NCBI GenBank assembly: GCA_964016885.1
Contig: OZ024747.1
Coordinates: forward strand, 70,184,001-70,248,000
Direction: 5' to 3'
From: Eledone cirrhosa
Lineage: Eukaryota
Length of the DNA: 64,000 bases
Below, in pieces: positions 37,340 through 50,700 of this stretch. The notes beneath the pieces were generated by a model that saw only the letters and a list, made by a program, of their open reading frames with translations, did no database searches and was not told the origin of the DNA. Within the stretch, counting starts at the first letter, position 1, and every line of letters begins with the position of its first letter. Position numbers and translations under genes: made by a program.

Positions 37340-38110
37340 CTTCAGCTTTGTGGCAGTGTGTGCCCCATCATGAGCCAGCAAACTGGACTTGTTAAAATAT
37401 CTAGATATTTTCCTGGTAACATCTCGTTCATTAGAATTAGTGGGAAGTTGGAACGACATTTTGGATGAATGCCTTACAAACCTCCTCAGGCACTTCAAAC
37501 TGTCTGTCAACTGTCGTCTGGATTTCCCGAATGCACCAACGCGAGTCATCCAGGCGGTGTTTGAATACAGTGTTCATCAGAGTGTCAGATAATATAAACA
37601 TGAGTTGTCCACAGTTTCAGGTAGTGGAATATATGAAACATAAATTTGTGACCTGTGCAAACTACTTCGAACAAACTAATCGTCTTGGTTCTAGAGAATA
37701 GAAACTGAACATATCCTTCCCCGTGCGGAAAGAATCGAGGGACTGGATTAGAAAACCAGTTACACGGAAACTGGAGGGGGTCATCGTAGACAACACGTGG
37801 CATGTTTCTTTAGAGAAAAACATTAGAGCAGTATCGATGAGATTCAGCAAAGTGGTAGCTACAGAAACCTGTAGAGAAGGAATTAATCAGGACGAGCATG
37901 CTGGGCACAGAAGGAGGTTCTTCCTTCTATTGTGCTTTATGAAATATGGGTGTGAATAGCAAGATTGGAGTGCGGAATAGGTCTGCTCTCATTTTGCCTT
38001 TCTTGGCAGAAGGAAAGAAACCGGGAGAGAACCGTTTCAATGCCCTTGAGGTGACAGAATAATCTGTGATCTTGTGTAGGTCTTCGGCGCTTGTGACCAA
38101 TGTAAGAAAT
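37340..38110 (+). pseudogene. Complex non-repetitive island, possibly a decayed LINE reverse-transcriptase fragment
   Basis: One + frame (37465-37959, one internal stop) contains KLEGVIVDN...LEKNIRAV and KYGCE*QDWS, loosely like the KxLGVxxD and YGxExW motifs downstream of LINE RT. No clear YADD motif. Confidence 0.3.
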
Positions 38111-38112
38111 CA

Positions 38113-38311
38113 TGCCGTGGATTGGCAGTATCGGTGGAGGGTCGGATGCCATACTTTGACGCATAGAGTTACGGCTCTTGTCATTCTGAGTTCAAATCTC
38201 GCGAAGCTAGCTTGGCCTTTCATCCTTACGGGGTTGATAAAATAAAGTACCAGTAATGCACTGGGTAATTGCTGGCCTTGTGCCAAACATAGAAACAATT
38301 ATATATATATA
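38113..38311 (+). mobile_element. Full-length tRNA-derived SINE (short subtype) with (AT)n tail
   Basis: TTGGCAGTATCGG (A-box-like), GAGTTCAAATC (B-box), CCTTTCATCCTTACGGGGTTGATAAAATAAAGTACCAG core, GCTGGCCTTGTGCC tail. Confidence 0.9.
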
Positions 38312-39015
38312 TTTTCCTTCCCTCCTTGCTGTTTATCCTTATACTTCCTTCTATTTTCATTTATACTCTCCAGAGCCTCTCGTTCTTCACCATTACATCC
38401 ATTCTTCTTCCTCTGTATCCACTTTTACATTTCCTCAACTTTTGTTGTTTCTTAATTTTCATTTTCGTTATATTTTCTTGCATCTTCCTTTATTACCTTT
38501 TACATTTCACCGCCATCAACGTCACAATCATCATCACAACCATCATGATGATGATTCTGATGATGATAGTCACCGTTGATGTACTTATCCCAATTATTAG
38601 TCTCCCTCCCCATCATCAAAATCCACATTAGCATCGTCGTGGTTATCATCATCATCTTCAACACCATCCTCTCAACGCCGTAAACACTATCGCCTCCGCT
38701 ACCCCCCCCCCCCCCCCCCCCCTCCTCCCCCTCCTCCTCCTCCTCCTCATCATCATCATCATCATCATCATCATTAGCAGCAGGAACAGGAGAAGTAGCA
38801 GTATCATCACCATCATCACCATCATTGCCATACTCTAATCCTCATCACCTCCATCGTCATCACCATCATCATCATCACCATTTTCCACCTCCTCCTCCTC
38901 ACCGTCATCACCATTTTCTTCCCCCCTCCTTCTCTTCACCTTCATCACTACCATAATCATAATCATCATTGTCTTCCTCTTTGTCGTCGTTAACATCATC
39001 ATCATCATCATCAAG
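38312..39015. repeat. Pyrimidine-rich DNA with poly-C, (CCT)n and (CAT)n
   Basis: Poly-C ~38702-38722, (CCT)n to ~38747, (CAT)n ~38748-38774. Confidence 0.88.
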
Positions 39016-39136
39016 ACATGACAGCGCTACTGATGTCATCGCTGTCTTGTTCTCGTCATTAATGGAGAGCAGCTGTTCAGCAATTCTCTTCGTCGCCATT
39101 TTTAACAATACTATCAGGCTGACCGAAATTTACTTA

Positions 39137-40760
39137 CACCACTACCACCACTACCACCACCACCACCACCACCACCACCACCACCACCACTAGCATCGCA
39201 ACGTCCATCTTGACCATCCTTATCCCCCCCCCCCCCCCCACCACTACCACCACTACCACCACCACCACTACTACTACCACCACCACCACCACCATCACCA
39301 CTAGCATCGCAACGTCCATCTTGACCATCCTTATCCCCACCACTACCACCACCACCACCACCACCACCACCACTACCACCACTACCACCACCACACTACC
39401 ACCACCACCACCACTACCACTAGCATCGCAACGTCCATCTTGACCATCCTTATACCCACCACCACCACCACCACCACCACCACCACCACCACCACCACCA
39501 CTACCACCACCACCACTACCACCACCACCACCACCACTACCACCACTACCACCACCACCACTACCACCACCACCACCACTACCACCACTACCACCACTAC
39601 CACCACCACCACCACCACCACCACTACCACCACCACCACCACCACCACCACTACCACCACCAATACCAGCTCCACTACCACTACTACCATCGCAACGTCC
39701 ATCTTAACCATCCTTATCCCCACCACCACCACCACCACTACCACCACTACCACTACCACCACCACTACCACCACCACCACCACCACTACCACCACTACCA
39801 CCACCACTACCACCACCACCACCACCACCACCACCACCACTACCACCACCACCACTACCACCACCACAACCACCACCACCACCACTACCACCACTACCAC
39901 CACCACTACCACCACCACCACTACCACTACCACTACCACCACCACCACCACCACCACCACCACCACCACCACCACCACCACTACCACCACTACCACCACC
40001 ACTACCACCACCACCACCACCACCACCACCACCACCACCACCACCACCACCACCACCACCACTACCACCACCACCACTACCACCACCACAACCACCACCA
40101 CCACCACTACCACCACTACCACCACCACAACCACCACCACCACCACTACCACCACTACCACCACCACTACCACCACCACCACTACCACCACCACAACCAC
40201 CACCACCACCACTACCACCACTACCACCACCACTACCACCACCACCACCACCACTACCACCACCACCACCACCACTACCACCACCACCACCACCACCACT
40301 ACCACCACCACCACTACCACCACCACAACCACCACCACCACCACTACCACCACTACCACCACCACTACCACCACCACCACTACCACCACCACCACCACCA
40401 CCACCACTACCACCAACAATATCAGCTCCACTACCATCACCACCACTACCACTACTACTATTGCAACGTCCATCTTGACCATCCTTATCCCCACCACCAC
40501 CACCACCACCACCACTACCACCAACAATATCATCACCACCACCACCACCACCACAAGCCCCATCACCATCACTTCCACCACTTCCACCGCTACCGCCACA
40601 TCCACTATCAGCACCGCCACCATCACTTCCACCGCTTCCAACACCACCACCACTACCACCACTACCATCACATCGTCCATCTTGACCATCCTTATCACCA
40701 CCATCATAAGCCCCATCACCATCACTTTCACCACTTCCATCACCATCACATAACTATCAG
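39137..40760. repeat. (CAC/TAC)n triplet array punctuated by a recurrent ~36-bp motif
   Basis: TAGCATCGCAACGTCCATCTTGACCATCCTTATCCCC at ~39191, 39302, 39421; partial copies at ~39688, 40461, 40672. Confidence 0.95.
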
Positions 40761-40814
40761 CACCGCTACACACCGCAACGACTAGCTTGACCACCACCAC
40801 CACCACCACAAGCT

Positions 40815-41235
40815 CTAACACCATCACTTCCACCACTTCCACCACTACCGCCACCATCACACCCACTATCAGCACCACCGCCACCACTTCCACCACCGCC
40901 ACCACTTCCACCACTTCCACCACCACCACCGCCACCATCACACCCACTATCAGCACCACCACCACCACTTCCACCACTTCCACCACCACCACCGCCACCA
41001 TCACACCCACTATCAGCACCACCGCCATCACTTCCACCACTTCCACCACCACCGCCACCATCACACCCACTATCAGCACCACCGCCACCACTTCCACCAC
41101 CGCCACCACTTCCACCACTTCCACCACCACCACCGCCACCATCACACCCACTATCAGCACCACCGCCACCACTTCCACCACCGCCACCACCACCACCGCC
41201 ACCATCACACCCACTATCAGCACCACCACCATCAC
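40815..41235. repeat. Minisatellite, ~60-80 bp variable unit, ~6 copies
   Basis: Recurrent ACCGCCACCATCACACCCACTATCAGCACC plus CACTTCCAC blocks. Confidence 0.9.
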
Positions 41236-41514
41236 TTCCGTCACCACAACACCAACACAACCCCACGATTGCAACGACCACATTCACTATCACTACAAAT
41301 ACCACTAACTCCTCGACCCTATCACCAACACCACCAACACTAACACCTCCACCACTAATACTACCACCACCACTAGACCGCCGCAACGACTAGCTTGACC
41401 ATCACTATCAGTAGCAGTCACAATATTACTGTATTGCCCCAGCATAATCCTCACCACCACCACCACTTCTTAAATCCTGCCCAGCACCATCACTATCATC
41501 GGCAGCCATAGTAC

Positions 41515-43172
41515 TACCATCACTAGCACCATCGTCACAGCCACCACCACCACCTCTACCATCACTAACACCATCGTCACAGTCACCACCACCACCATCA
41601 CAGCCCCCCCCCCCCCCCTCCAACACCTCAACCATCACTAGCACCATCGTCACAGTCACCACCACCACCACCACCTCCACCATCACTAGCACCATCGTCA
41701 CAGTCACCACCACCACCACCACCTCTACCATCACCAGCACCACCATCACAGCCCCCACCACCACCACCTCAACCATCACTAGCACCATCGTCACAGCCCC
41801 CCCTCCACCACCTCAACCATCACTAGCACCATCGTCACAGTCACCACCACCACCACCACCACCATCACCATCACCAGCACCATCGTCACAGCCCCCACCA
41901 CCACCACCTCTACCATCACCAGGACCACCATCACAGCCACCACCACCTCTACCATCACCAGCACCATCGTCACAGTCACAGCCACCACCACCTCAACCAT
42001 CACCAGCACCACCATCACAGCACCCACTACCACCACCTCTACCATCACCAGCACCACCATCACAGCCCCCACCACCACCACCTCTACCATCACCACCACC
42101 ATCGTCACAGCCACCACCACCACCTCTACCATCACCAGCACCACCATCACAGCCGCCACTCCACCACCACCACCTCTACCATCACCAGCACCACCATCAC
42201 AGCCCCCACCACCACCACCTCAACCATCACTAGCACCATCGTCACAGCTCCCACCACCACCACCTCTACCATCACCAGCACCACCATCACAGCCCCCACC
42301 ACCACCACCTCTACCATCACCAGCACCACCATCACAGCCCCCACCACCACCACCTCAACCATCACTAGCACCATCGTCACAGCCCCCCCTCCACCACCTC
42401 AACCATCACTAGCACCATCGTCACAGTCACCACCACCACCACCACCATCACCATCACCAGCACCACCATCACAGCCCCCACCACCACCACCTCTCCCATC
42501 ACCAGCACCACCATCACAGCCCCCACCACCACCACCTCTACCATCACCAGCACCACCATCACAGCCCCCACCACCACCACCTCTACCATCACCAGCACCA
42601 CCATCACAGCCACCACCACCGCCACCTCTACCATCACCAGCACCACCATCACAGCCCCCACCACCACCACCTCTACCATCACCAGCACCACCATCACAGC
42701 CCCCACCACCACCACCTCTACCATCACCAGCACCATCATCACAGCCCCCACCACCACCACCTCTACCATCACCAGCACCACCATCACAGCCACCACTCCA
42801 CCACCACCACCTCTACCATCACCAGCACCACCATCACAGCCCCCACCACCGCCACCTCTACCATCACCAGCACCACCATCACAGCCCCCACCACCACCAC
42901 CTCTACCATCACTAGCACCATCGTCACAGCTCCCACCACCACCTCTACCATCACCAGCACCACCATCACAGCCACCACTCCACCACCACCACCTCTACCA
43001 TCACCAGCACCACCATCACAGCCCCCACTACCGCCACCTCTACCATCACCAGCACCACCATCACAGCCCCCACCACCACCACCTCTACCATCACCAGCAC
43101 CACCATCATAGCCCCCACCACCACCACCTCTACCATCACCAGCACCACCATCACAGCCACCACTACCTCTAC
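41515..43172. repeat. ~45-bp minisatellite CCTCTACCATCACCAGCACCACCATCACAGCCCCCACCACCACCA
   Basis: More than 30 tandem copies of two subtypes (TCTACC..CCAGCACCACC and TCAACC..CTAGCACCATCG), with occasional non-triplet indels. Confidence 0.93.
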
Positions 43173-43489
43173 TGTCACCACGATCTCCATCACATTCATC
43201 CCTTCATCCCGTTACCACCACGCCAATGTGACAATCATGACACAACCTCCACCTCATCATGTCTACTAAAACCAGCATCATTATCAGCGGCACTATTTCT
43301 ACTACTACAACCCATACCAAATACCCTCCCCACCGCAAAAACAACAATAACAACAACAGCTACAACTATAAATATTAGCTTTGTTACTTTCAGTCGTAGC
43401 CACCACCACTGCTGCCACCTTTGGCGTCATTTTATCCGCTGTTGATGCCCCCCCCCCCCCACCGTCAACTATTATCACATAAGTCTCAA

Positions 43490-43662
43490 GGCAGTCGCTT
43501 GACCTTCCTAGAAATAACAGCCAGTTTTCCATCAAATAAAAGTGCAATGATTTAGAAAAGGATAGTGTGGCCTTGGGTTCCATGGTTATGGGAGAAATCG
43601 CGATGGAATTCCTTTGATTATATATCTGCTACGATTAGTACTGAGCTGGGGTTAAACAATAA
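43490..43662 (+). mobile_element. Diverged fragment of a second interspersed repeat (SINE/LINE-tail-like)
   Basis: GTCGCTTGACCTTCCTAGAAATAACAGCC ... GGAATTCCTTTGAT ... GAGCTGGGGTTAAACAAT resembles a common cephalopod repeat. Recognised from recall only; single copy in this window. Confidence 0.4.
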
Positions 43663-43770
43663 AAGCCACCATCCCCGTCACTACACATACCACCACCCTC
43701 AACAGAATCACGAATACAATCCGCCTTCGCAACAACAACGACAACATCAATAATGTATGACAACAACAAT

Positions 43771-43999
43771 AACAATCTTTAACTTTGGCACAAGGCCAGC
43801 AATTTCCCGCAGGGGCGAAAATTCGATTAGATTGAACCAGTATTTGACTGGTTTTTAATTTTATCGACTCTAGTCATCATCTCAGAAAGATAAAAGGAAA
43901 TGTTGACCTCAGTGAGATTGGAACTCACAACGTAGAGACCCATAACTAGATGCCGCAAAACATTGTTCAAAACGTTGTCAAATTCGTCAACTTGTCGCC
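43771..43999 (-). mobile_element. Diverged full-length SINE (long subtype)
   Basis: Forward strand shows TGGCACAAGGCCAGCAATT, TTTTATCGAC and GATTGGAACTC, the reverse complement of the same family. Confidence 0.8.
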
Positions 44000-44272
44000 A
44001 TCAGCATCCTTATCAATTCTGTGAACCACCACCTTTCGTTCACACCCCTTCTCGTTTATCATCATCATTCCCAGTACAACTGCCAACAGCAACACTATCA
44101 CCAACAACCGCCTCCAGCAAAACCACCACCAACACCACCACCGTCATCATTAGAGCGGCCACAATTAAAGTGACCAAGAATACTCACACTAACGTTCTCA
44201 CCACCATCATCACCACTACAACTAAGACCACCGCTATCATCATTATCATTACTTTGAAATCTAATATTGTTA

Positions 44273-44383
44273 CCGTATTAGTAGAGGGTCAGACACGCTT
44301 TCCAGCGTAGTTACGTCCCTTTACGATCTGTAATGTACTGGGTAACTGCTGGCCTTGTGCCAAAAGTAGAAACAATTATTATC
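44273..44383 (+). mobile_element. Internally deleted SINE (head joined to tail; B-box and core missing)
   Basis: GTAGAGGGTCAGAC..AGTTACGTCCCTTTACGATCTG fused directly to TAATGTACTGGGTAACTGCTGGCCTTGTGCCAAAAGTAGAAACAATTATT. Confidence 0.75.
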
Positions 44384-44439
44384 ACTACCACTACCATTAC
44401 AAAAAAAATCTATGACCAGCATTACCCCACTATTACTAC

Positions 44440-44698
44440 CATCGGTAGATGTTCGGACGCCATGCTTTGCAGCATAGAGCTACGACCCTTTGAAGTCTGA
44501 GTTCAAATCATGCCGAGGCTCACTTTGCCTATGATCCTTACGGGGTCGATAAAATAAAGTACCAGTAATGTACTGGGATCATTGCTGGCCTTGTGCCAAA
44601 AGTAGAAACAATTATTACTACGGGGTCGATAAAATAAAGTACCAGTAATGTACTGTGATCATTGCTGGCCTTGTGACACAGGTAGAAACAATTATTAC
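44440..44698 (+). mobile_element. SINE (short subtype) with an 80-bp tandem duplication of its 3' end
   Basis: 44539-44618 and 44619-44698 are near-identical (TACGGGGTCGATAAAAT...GAAACAATTATTAC); B-box GAGTTCAAATC at ~44499. Confidence 0.9.
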
Positions 44699-44700
44699 TA

Positions 44701-47700
44701 ACAGCACTATCAACATTATTAACATCACTACCACTATCAGCACTATCAACATTATTAACATCACTACCACTATCAGCACTATCAACATTATTAACATCAC
44801 TACCACTATCAGCACTATCAACATTATTAACATCACTACCACTATCAACACTATCAACATTATTAACATCACTACCACTATCAGCACTATCAACATTATT
44901 AACATCACTACCACTATCAACACTATCAACATTATTAACATCACTACCACTATCAACATTATTAACATTATTAACATCACTACCACTATCAACACTATCA
45001 ACATTATTAACATCACTACCACTATCAGCACTATCAGCACTATCAACATTATTAACATCACTACCACTATCACCACTATCAGCACTATCAACACTATCAA
45101 CATTATTAACATCACTACCACTATCAGCACTATCAGCACTATCAACTTTATTAACATCACTACCACTATCACCACTATCACCACTATCAGCACTATCAAC
45201 ATTATTAACATCACTACCACTATCAACACTATCAACATTATTAACATCACTGCCACTATCACCACTATCAGCACTATCAACATTATTAACATCACTACCA
45301 CTATCAACACTATCAACATTATTAACATCACTACCACTATCAGCACTATCAGCACTATCAACATTATTAACATCACTACCACTATCACCACTATCAGCAC
45401 TATCAACATTATTAACATCACTACCACTATCAACACTATCAACATTATTAACATCACTACCACTATCAGCACAATCAGCACTATCAACATTATTAACATC
45501 ACTACCACTATCACCACTATCAGCACTATCAACACTATCAACATTATTAACATCACTACCACTATCAGCACTATCAGCACTATCAACATTATTAACATCA
45601 CTACCACTATCACCACTATCAGCACTATCAACATTATTAACATCACTACCACTATCAACACTATCAACATTATTAACATCACTACCACTATCAGCACTAT
45701 CAGCACTATCAACATTATTAACATCACTACCACTATCAACACTATCAACATTATTAACATCACTGCCACTATCACCACTATCAGCACTATCAACATTATT
45801 AACATCACTACCACTATCAGCACTATCAGCATTATCAACATTATTAACATCACTACCACTATCAGCACTATCAACATTATTAACATCACTACCACTATCA
45901 GCACTATCAACATTATTAACATCACTACCACTATCAGCACTATCAACATTATTAACATCACTACCACAATCAGCACTATCAACATTATTAACATCACTAC
46001 CACTATCAACACTATCAACATTATTAACATCACTACCACTATCACCACTATCAACACTATCAACATTATTAACATCACTACCACTATCAACACTGTCAAC
46101 ATTATTAACATCACTACCACTATCAACACTATCAACATTATTAACATCACTACCACTATCACCACTATCAACACTATCAACATTATTAACATCACTACCA
46201 CTATCAGCACTATCAACATTATTAACATCACTACCACTATCAACACTATCAACATTATTAACATCACTACCACTATCAGCACTATCAACATTATTAACAT
46301 CACTACCACTATCAACACTATCAACATTATTAACATCACTACCACTATCAGCACTATCAACATTATTAACATCACTACCACTATCAACACTATCAACATT
46401 ATTAACATCACTACCACTATCAGCACTATCAGCACTATCAACATTATTAACATCACTACCACTATCACCACTATCAGCACTATCAGCACTATCAACATTA
46501 TTAACATCACTACCACTATCACCACTATCAGCACTATCAACATTATTAACATCACTACCACTATCACCACTATCAGCACTATCAACATTATTAACATCAC
46601 TACCACTATCACCACTATCAGCACTATCAACATTATTAACATCACTACCACCATCACCACTATCAGCACTATCAACATTATTAACATCACTACCACTATC
46701 ACCAATATCAGCACTATCTACATTATTAACATCACTACCACTATCAACACTATCAACATTATTAACATCACTACCACTATCAGCACTATCAGCACTATCA
46801 ACATTATTAACATCACTACCAGTATCAGCACTATCAGCACTATCAACATTATTAACATCACTACCACTATCAGCACTATCAACATTATTAACATCACTAC
46901 CACTATCAGCACTATCAACATTATTAACATCACTACCACTATCAGTACTATCAACATTATTAACACCACTACCACTATCAGCACTATCAACATTATTAAC
47001 ATCACTACCACTATCAGCACTATCAACATTATTAACATCACTACCACTATCAACACTATCAAGATTATTAACATCACTAGCACTATCAGCACTATCAGCA
47101 CTATCAACATTATTAACATCACTACCACTATCACCACTATCAACACTATCAACATTATTAACATCACTACCACTATCAACACTATCAACATTATTAACAT
47201 CACTACCACTATCAGCACTATCAGCACTATCAACATTATTAACATCACTACCACTATCACCACTATCAACACTATCAACATTATTAACATCACTACCACT
47301 ATCAACACTATCAACATTATTAACATCACTACCACTATCAACACTATCAACATTATTAACATCACTACCACTATCACCACTATCAACACTATCAACATTA
47401 TTAACATCACTACCACTATCAACACTATCAACATTATTAACATCACTACCACTATCAACACTATCAACATTATTAACATCACTACCACTATCAGCACTAT
47501 CAGCACTATCAACATTATTAACATCACTACCACTATCCCCACTATCAACACTATCAACATTATTAACATCACTACCACTATCAACACTATCAACATTATT
47601 AACATCACTACCACTATAAACACTATCAACATTATTAACATCACTACCACTATCACCACTATCAACACTATCAACATTATTAACATCAATACCACTATCA

Positions 47701-50700
47701 GCACTATCAACATTATTAACATCACTACCACTATCAGCATTATCAGCACTATCAACATTATTAACATCACTACCACTATCAGCACTATCAGCACTATCAA
47801 CATTATTAACATCACTACCACTATCAACACTATCAACATTATTAACATCACTACCACTATCACCACTATCAGCACTATCAACATTATTAACATCACTACC
47901 ACTATCACCACTATCAACATTATTAACATCACTACCACTATCAACACATCAACACCACTATCAACACTATCAACACTATCAACATTATTAACATCACTAC
48001 CACTATCAACACTATCAACACTATCAACATTATTAACATCACTACCACTATCTCCACTATCAACACTATCAACATTATTAACATCACTACCACTATCACC
48101 ACTATCAACACTATCAACATTATTAACATCACTACCACTATCAACACTATCAACATTATTAACATCACTACCACTATCAGCACTATCAACATTATTAACA
48201 TCACTACCACTATCAACATTATTAACATTATTAACATCACTACCACTATCACCACTATCAACACTATCAACATTATTAACATCACTACCACTATCACCAC
48301 TATCAACACTATCAACATTATTAACATCACTACCACTATCAGCACTATCAACATTATTAACATCACTACCACTATCACCACTATCAACACTATCAACATT
48401 ATTAACATCACTACCACTATCAGCACTATCAACATTATTAACATCACTACCACTATCAGCACTATCAGCACTATCAACATTATTAACATCACTACCACTA
48501 TCAACACTATCAACATTATTAACATCACTACCACTATCACCACTATCACCACTATCAACATTATTAACACCACTACCACTATCACCAATATCACCACTAT
48601 CAGCACTATCAACATTATTAACATCACTACCACTATCACCACTATCAGCACTATCAACATTATTAACATCACTACCACTATCACCACTATCAACACTATC
48701 AACATTATTAACATCACTACCACTATCACCACTATCAACACTATCAACATTATTAACACCACTACCACTATCACCACTATCACCACTATCAACATTATTA
48801 ACATCACTACCACTATCACCATTATCAACTCTATCAACATTATTAACATCAATACCACTATCAGCACTATCAACATTATTAACATCACTACCACTATCAG
48901 CACTATCAGCACTATCAACATTATTAACATCACTACCACTATCAACACTATCAACATTATTAACATCACTACCACTATCACCACTATCAGCACTATCAAC
49001 ATTATTAACATCACTACCACTATCAGCACTATCAACATTATTAACATCACTACCACTATCAGCACTATCAGCACTATCAACATTATTAACATCACTACCA
49101 CTATCAACACTATCAACATTATTAACATCACTACCACTATCACCAATATCAGCACTATCAACATTATTAACATCACTACCACTATCAGCACTATCAACAT
49201 TATTAACATCACTACCACTATCAGCACTATCAGCACTATCAACATTATTAACATCACTACCACTATCAGCACTATCAACATTATTAACATCACTACCACT
49301 ATCAGCACTATCAACATTATTAACACCACTACCACTATCACCAGTATCAGCACTATCAACATTATTAACACCACTACCACTATCACCACTATCACCACTA
49401 TCACCACTATCAACATTATTAACATCACGACCACTATCACCACTATCAGCACTATCAACATTATTAACATCACTACCACTATCACCACTATCAACACTAT
49501 CAACATTATTAACATCACTACCACTATCAGCACTATCAACATTATTAACATCACTACCACTATCAGCACTATCAACATTATTAACATCACTACCACTATT
49601 AACACTATCAACATTATTAACATCACTACCACTATCAGCACTATCAATATTATTAACATCACTACCACTATCAACACTATCAACATTATTAACATCACTA
49701 CCACTATCAGCACTATCAACATTATTAACATCACTACCACTATCACCACTATCAGCACTATCAACATTATTAACATCACTACCACTATCACCACTATCAG
49801 CACTATCAACATTATTAACATCACTACCACTATCAGCACTATCAACATTATTAACATCACTACCACTATCACCACTATCAACACTATCAACATTATTAAC
49901 ATCACTACCACTATCAACACTATCAACACTATCAACATTATTAACATCACTACCACTATCAACACTATCAACATTATTAACATCACTACCACTATCACCA
50001 CTATCAACACTATCAACATTATTAACATCACTACCACTATCAACACTATCAACATTATTAACATCACTACCACTATCAGCACTATCATCATTATTAACAT
50101 CACTACCACTATCAACATTATTAACATTATTAACATCACTACCACTATCACCACTATCAACACTATCAACATTATTAACATCACTACCACTATCAGCACT
50201 ATCAACACTATCAACATTATTAACATCACTACCACTATCACCACTATCAACACTATCAACATTATTAACATCACTACCACTATCACCACTATCAACACTA
50301 TCAACATTATTAACATCACTACCACTATCAGCACTATCAACATTATTAACATCACTACCACTATCAGCACTATCAGCACTATCAACATTATTAACATCAC
50401 TAGCACTATCAACACTATCAACATTATTAACATCACTACCACTATCACCACTATCACCACTATCAACATTATTAACACCACTACCACTATCACCACTATC
50501 ACCACTATCAGCACTATCAACATTATTAACATCACTACCACTATCACCACTATCAGCACTATCAACATTATTAACACCACTACCACTATCACCACTATCA
50601 CCACTATCAGCACTATCAACATTATTAACATCACTACCACTATCACCACTATCAGCACTATCAACATTATTAACATCACTACCACTATCACCACTATCAG

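Noticed and set aside
38908-39108. 66-aa minus ORF with good start context (MATKRIAEQLL...)
   Set aside because: Runs into (GAT)n-derived acidic low complexity, with no recognisable family.
39191-40697. CRISPR-like pattern of a ~36-bp repeat with spacers
   Set aside because: Spacers are microsatellite of very unequal length, there are no cas genes, and the context is eukaryotic.
39134-43199. Poly-Thr/PTS mucin-like and poly-Val/Gly ORFs
   Set aside because: Triplet-repeat translations with frameshifting indels, and no signal peptide or flanking domain. A repeat exon cannot be strictly excluded without RNA data.
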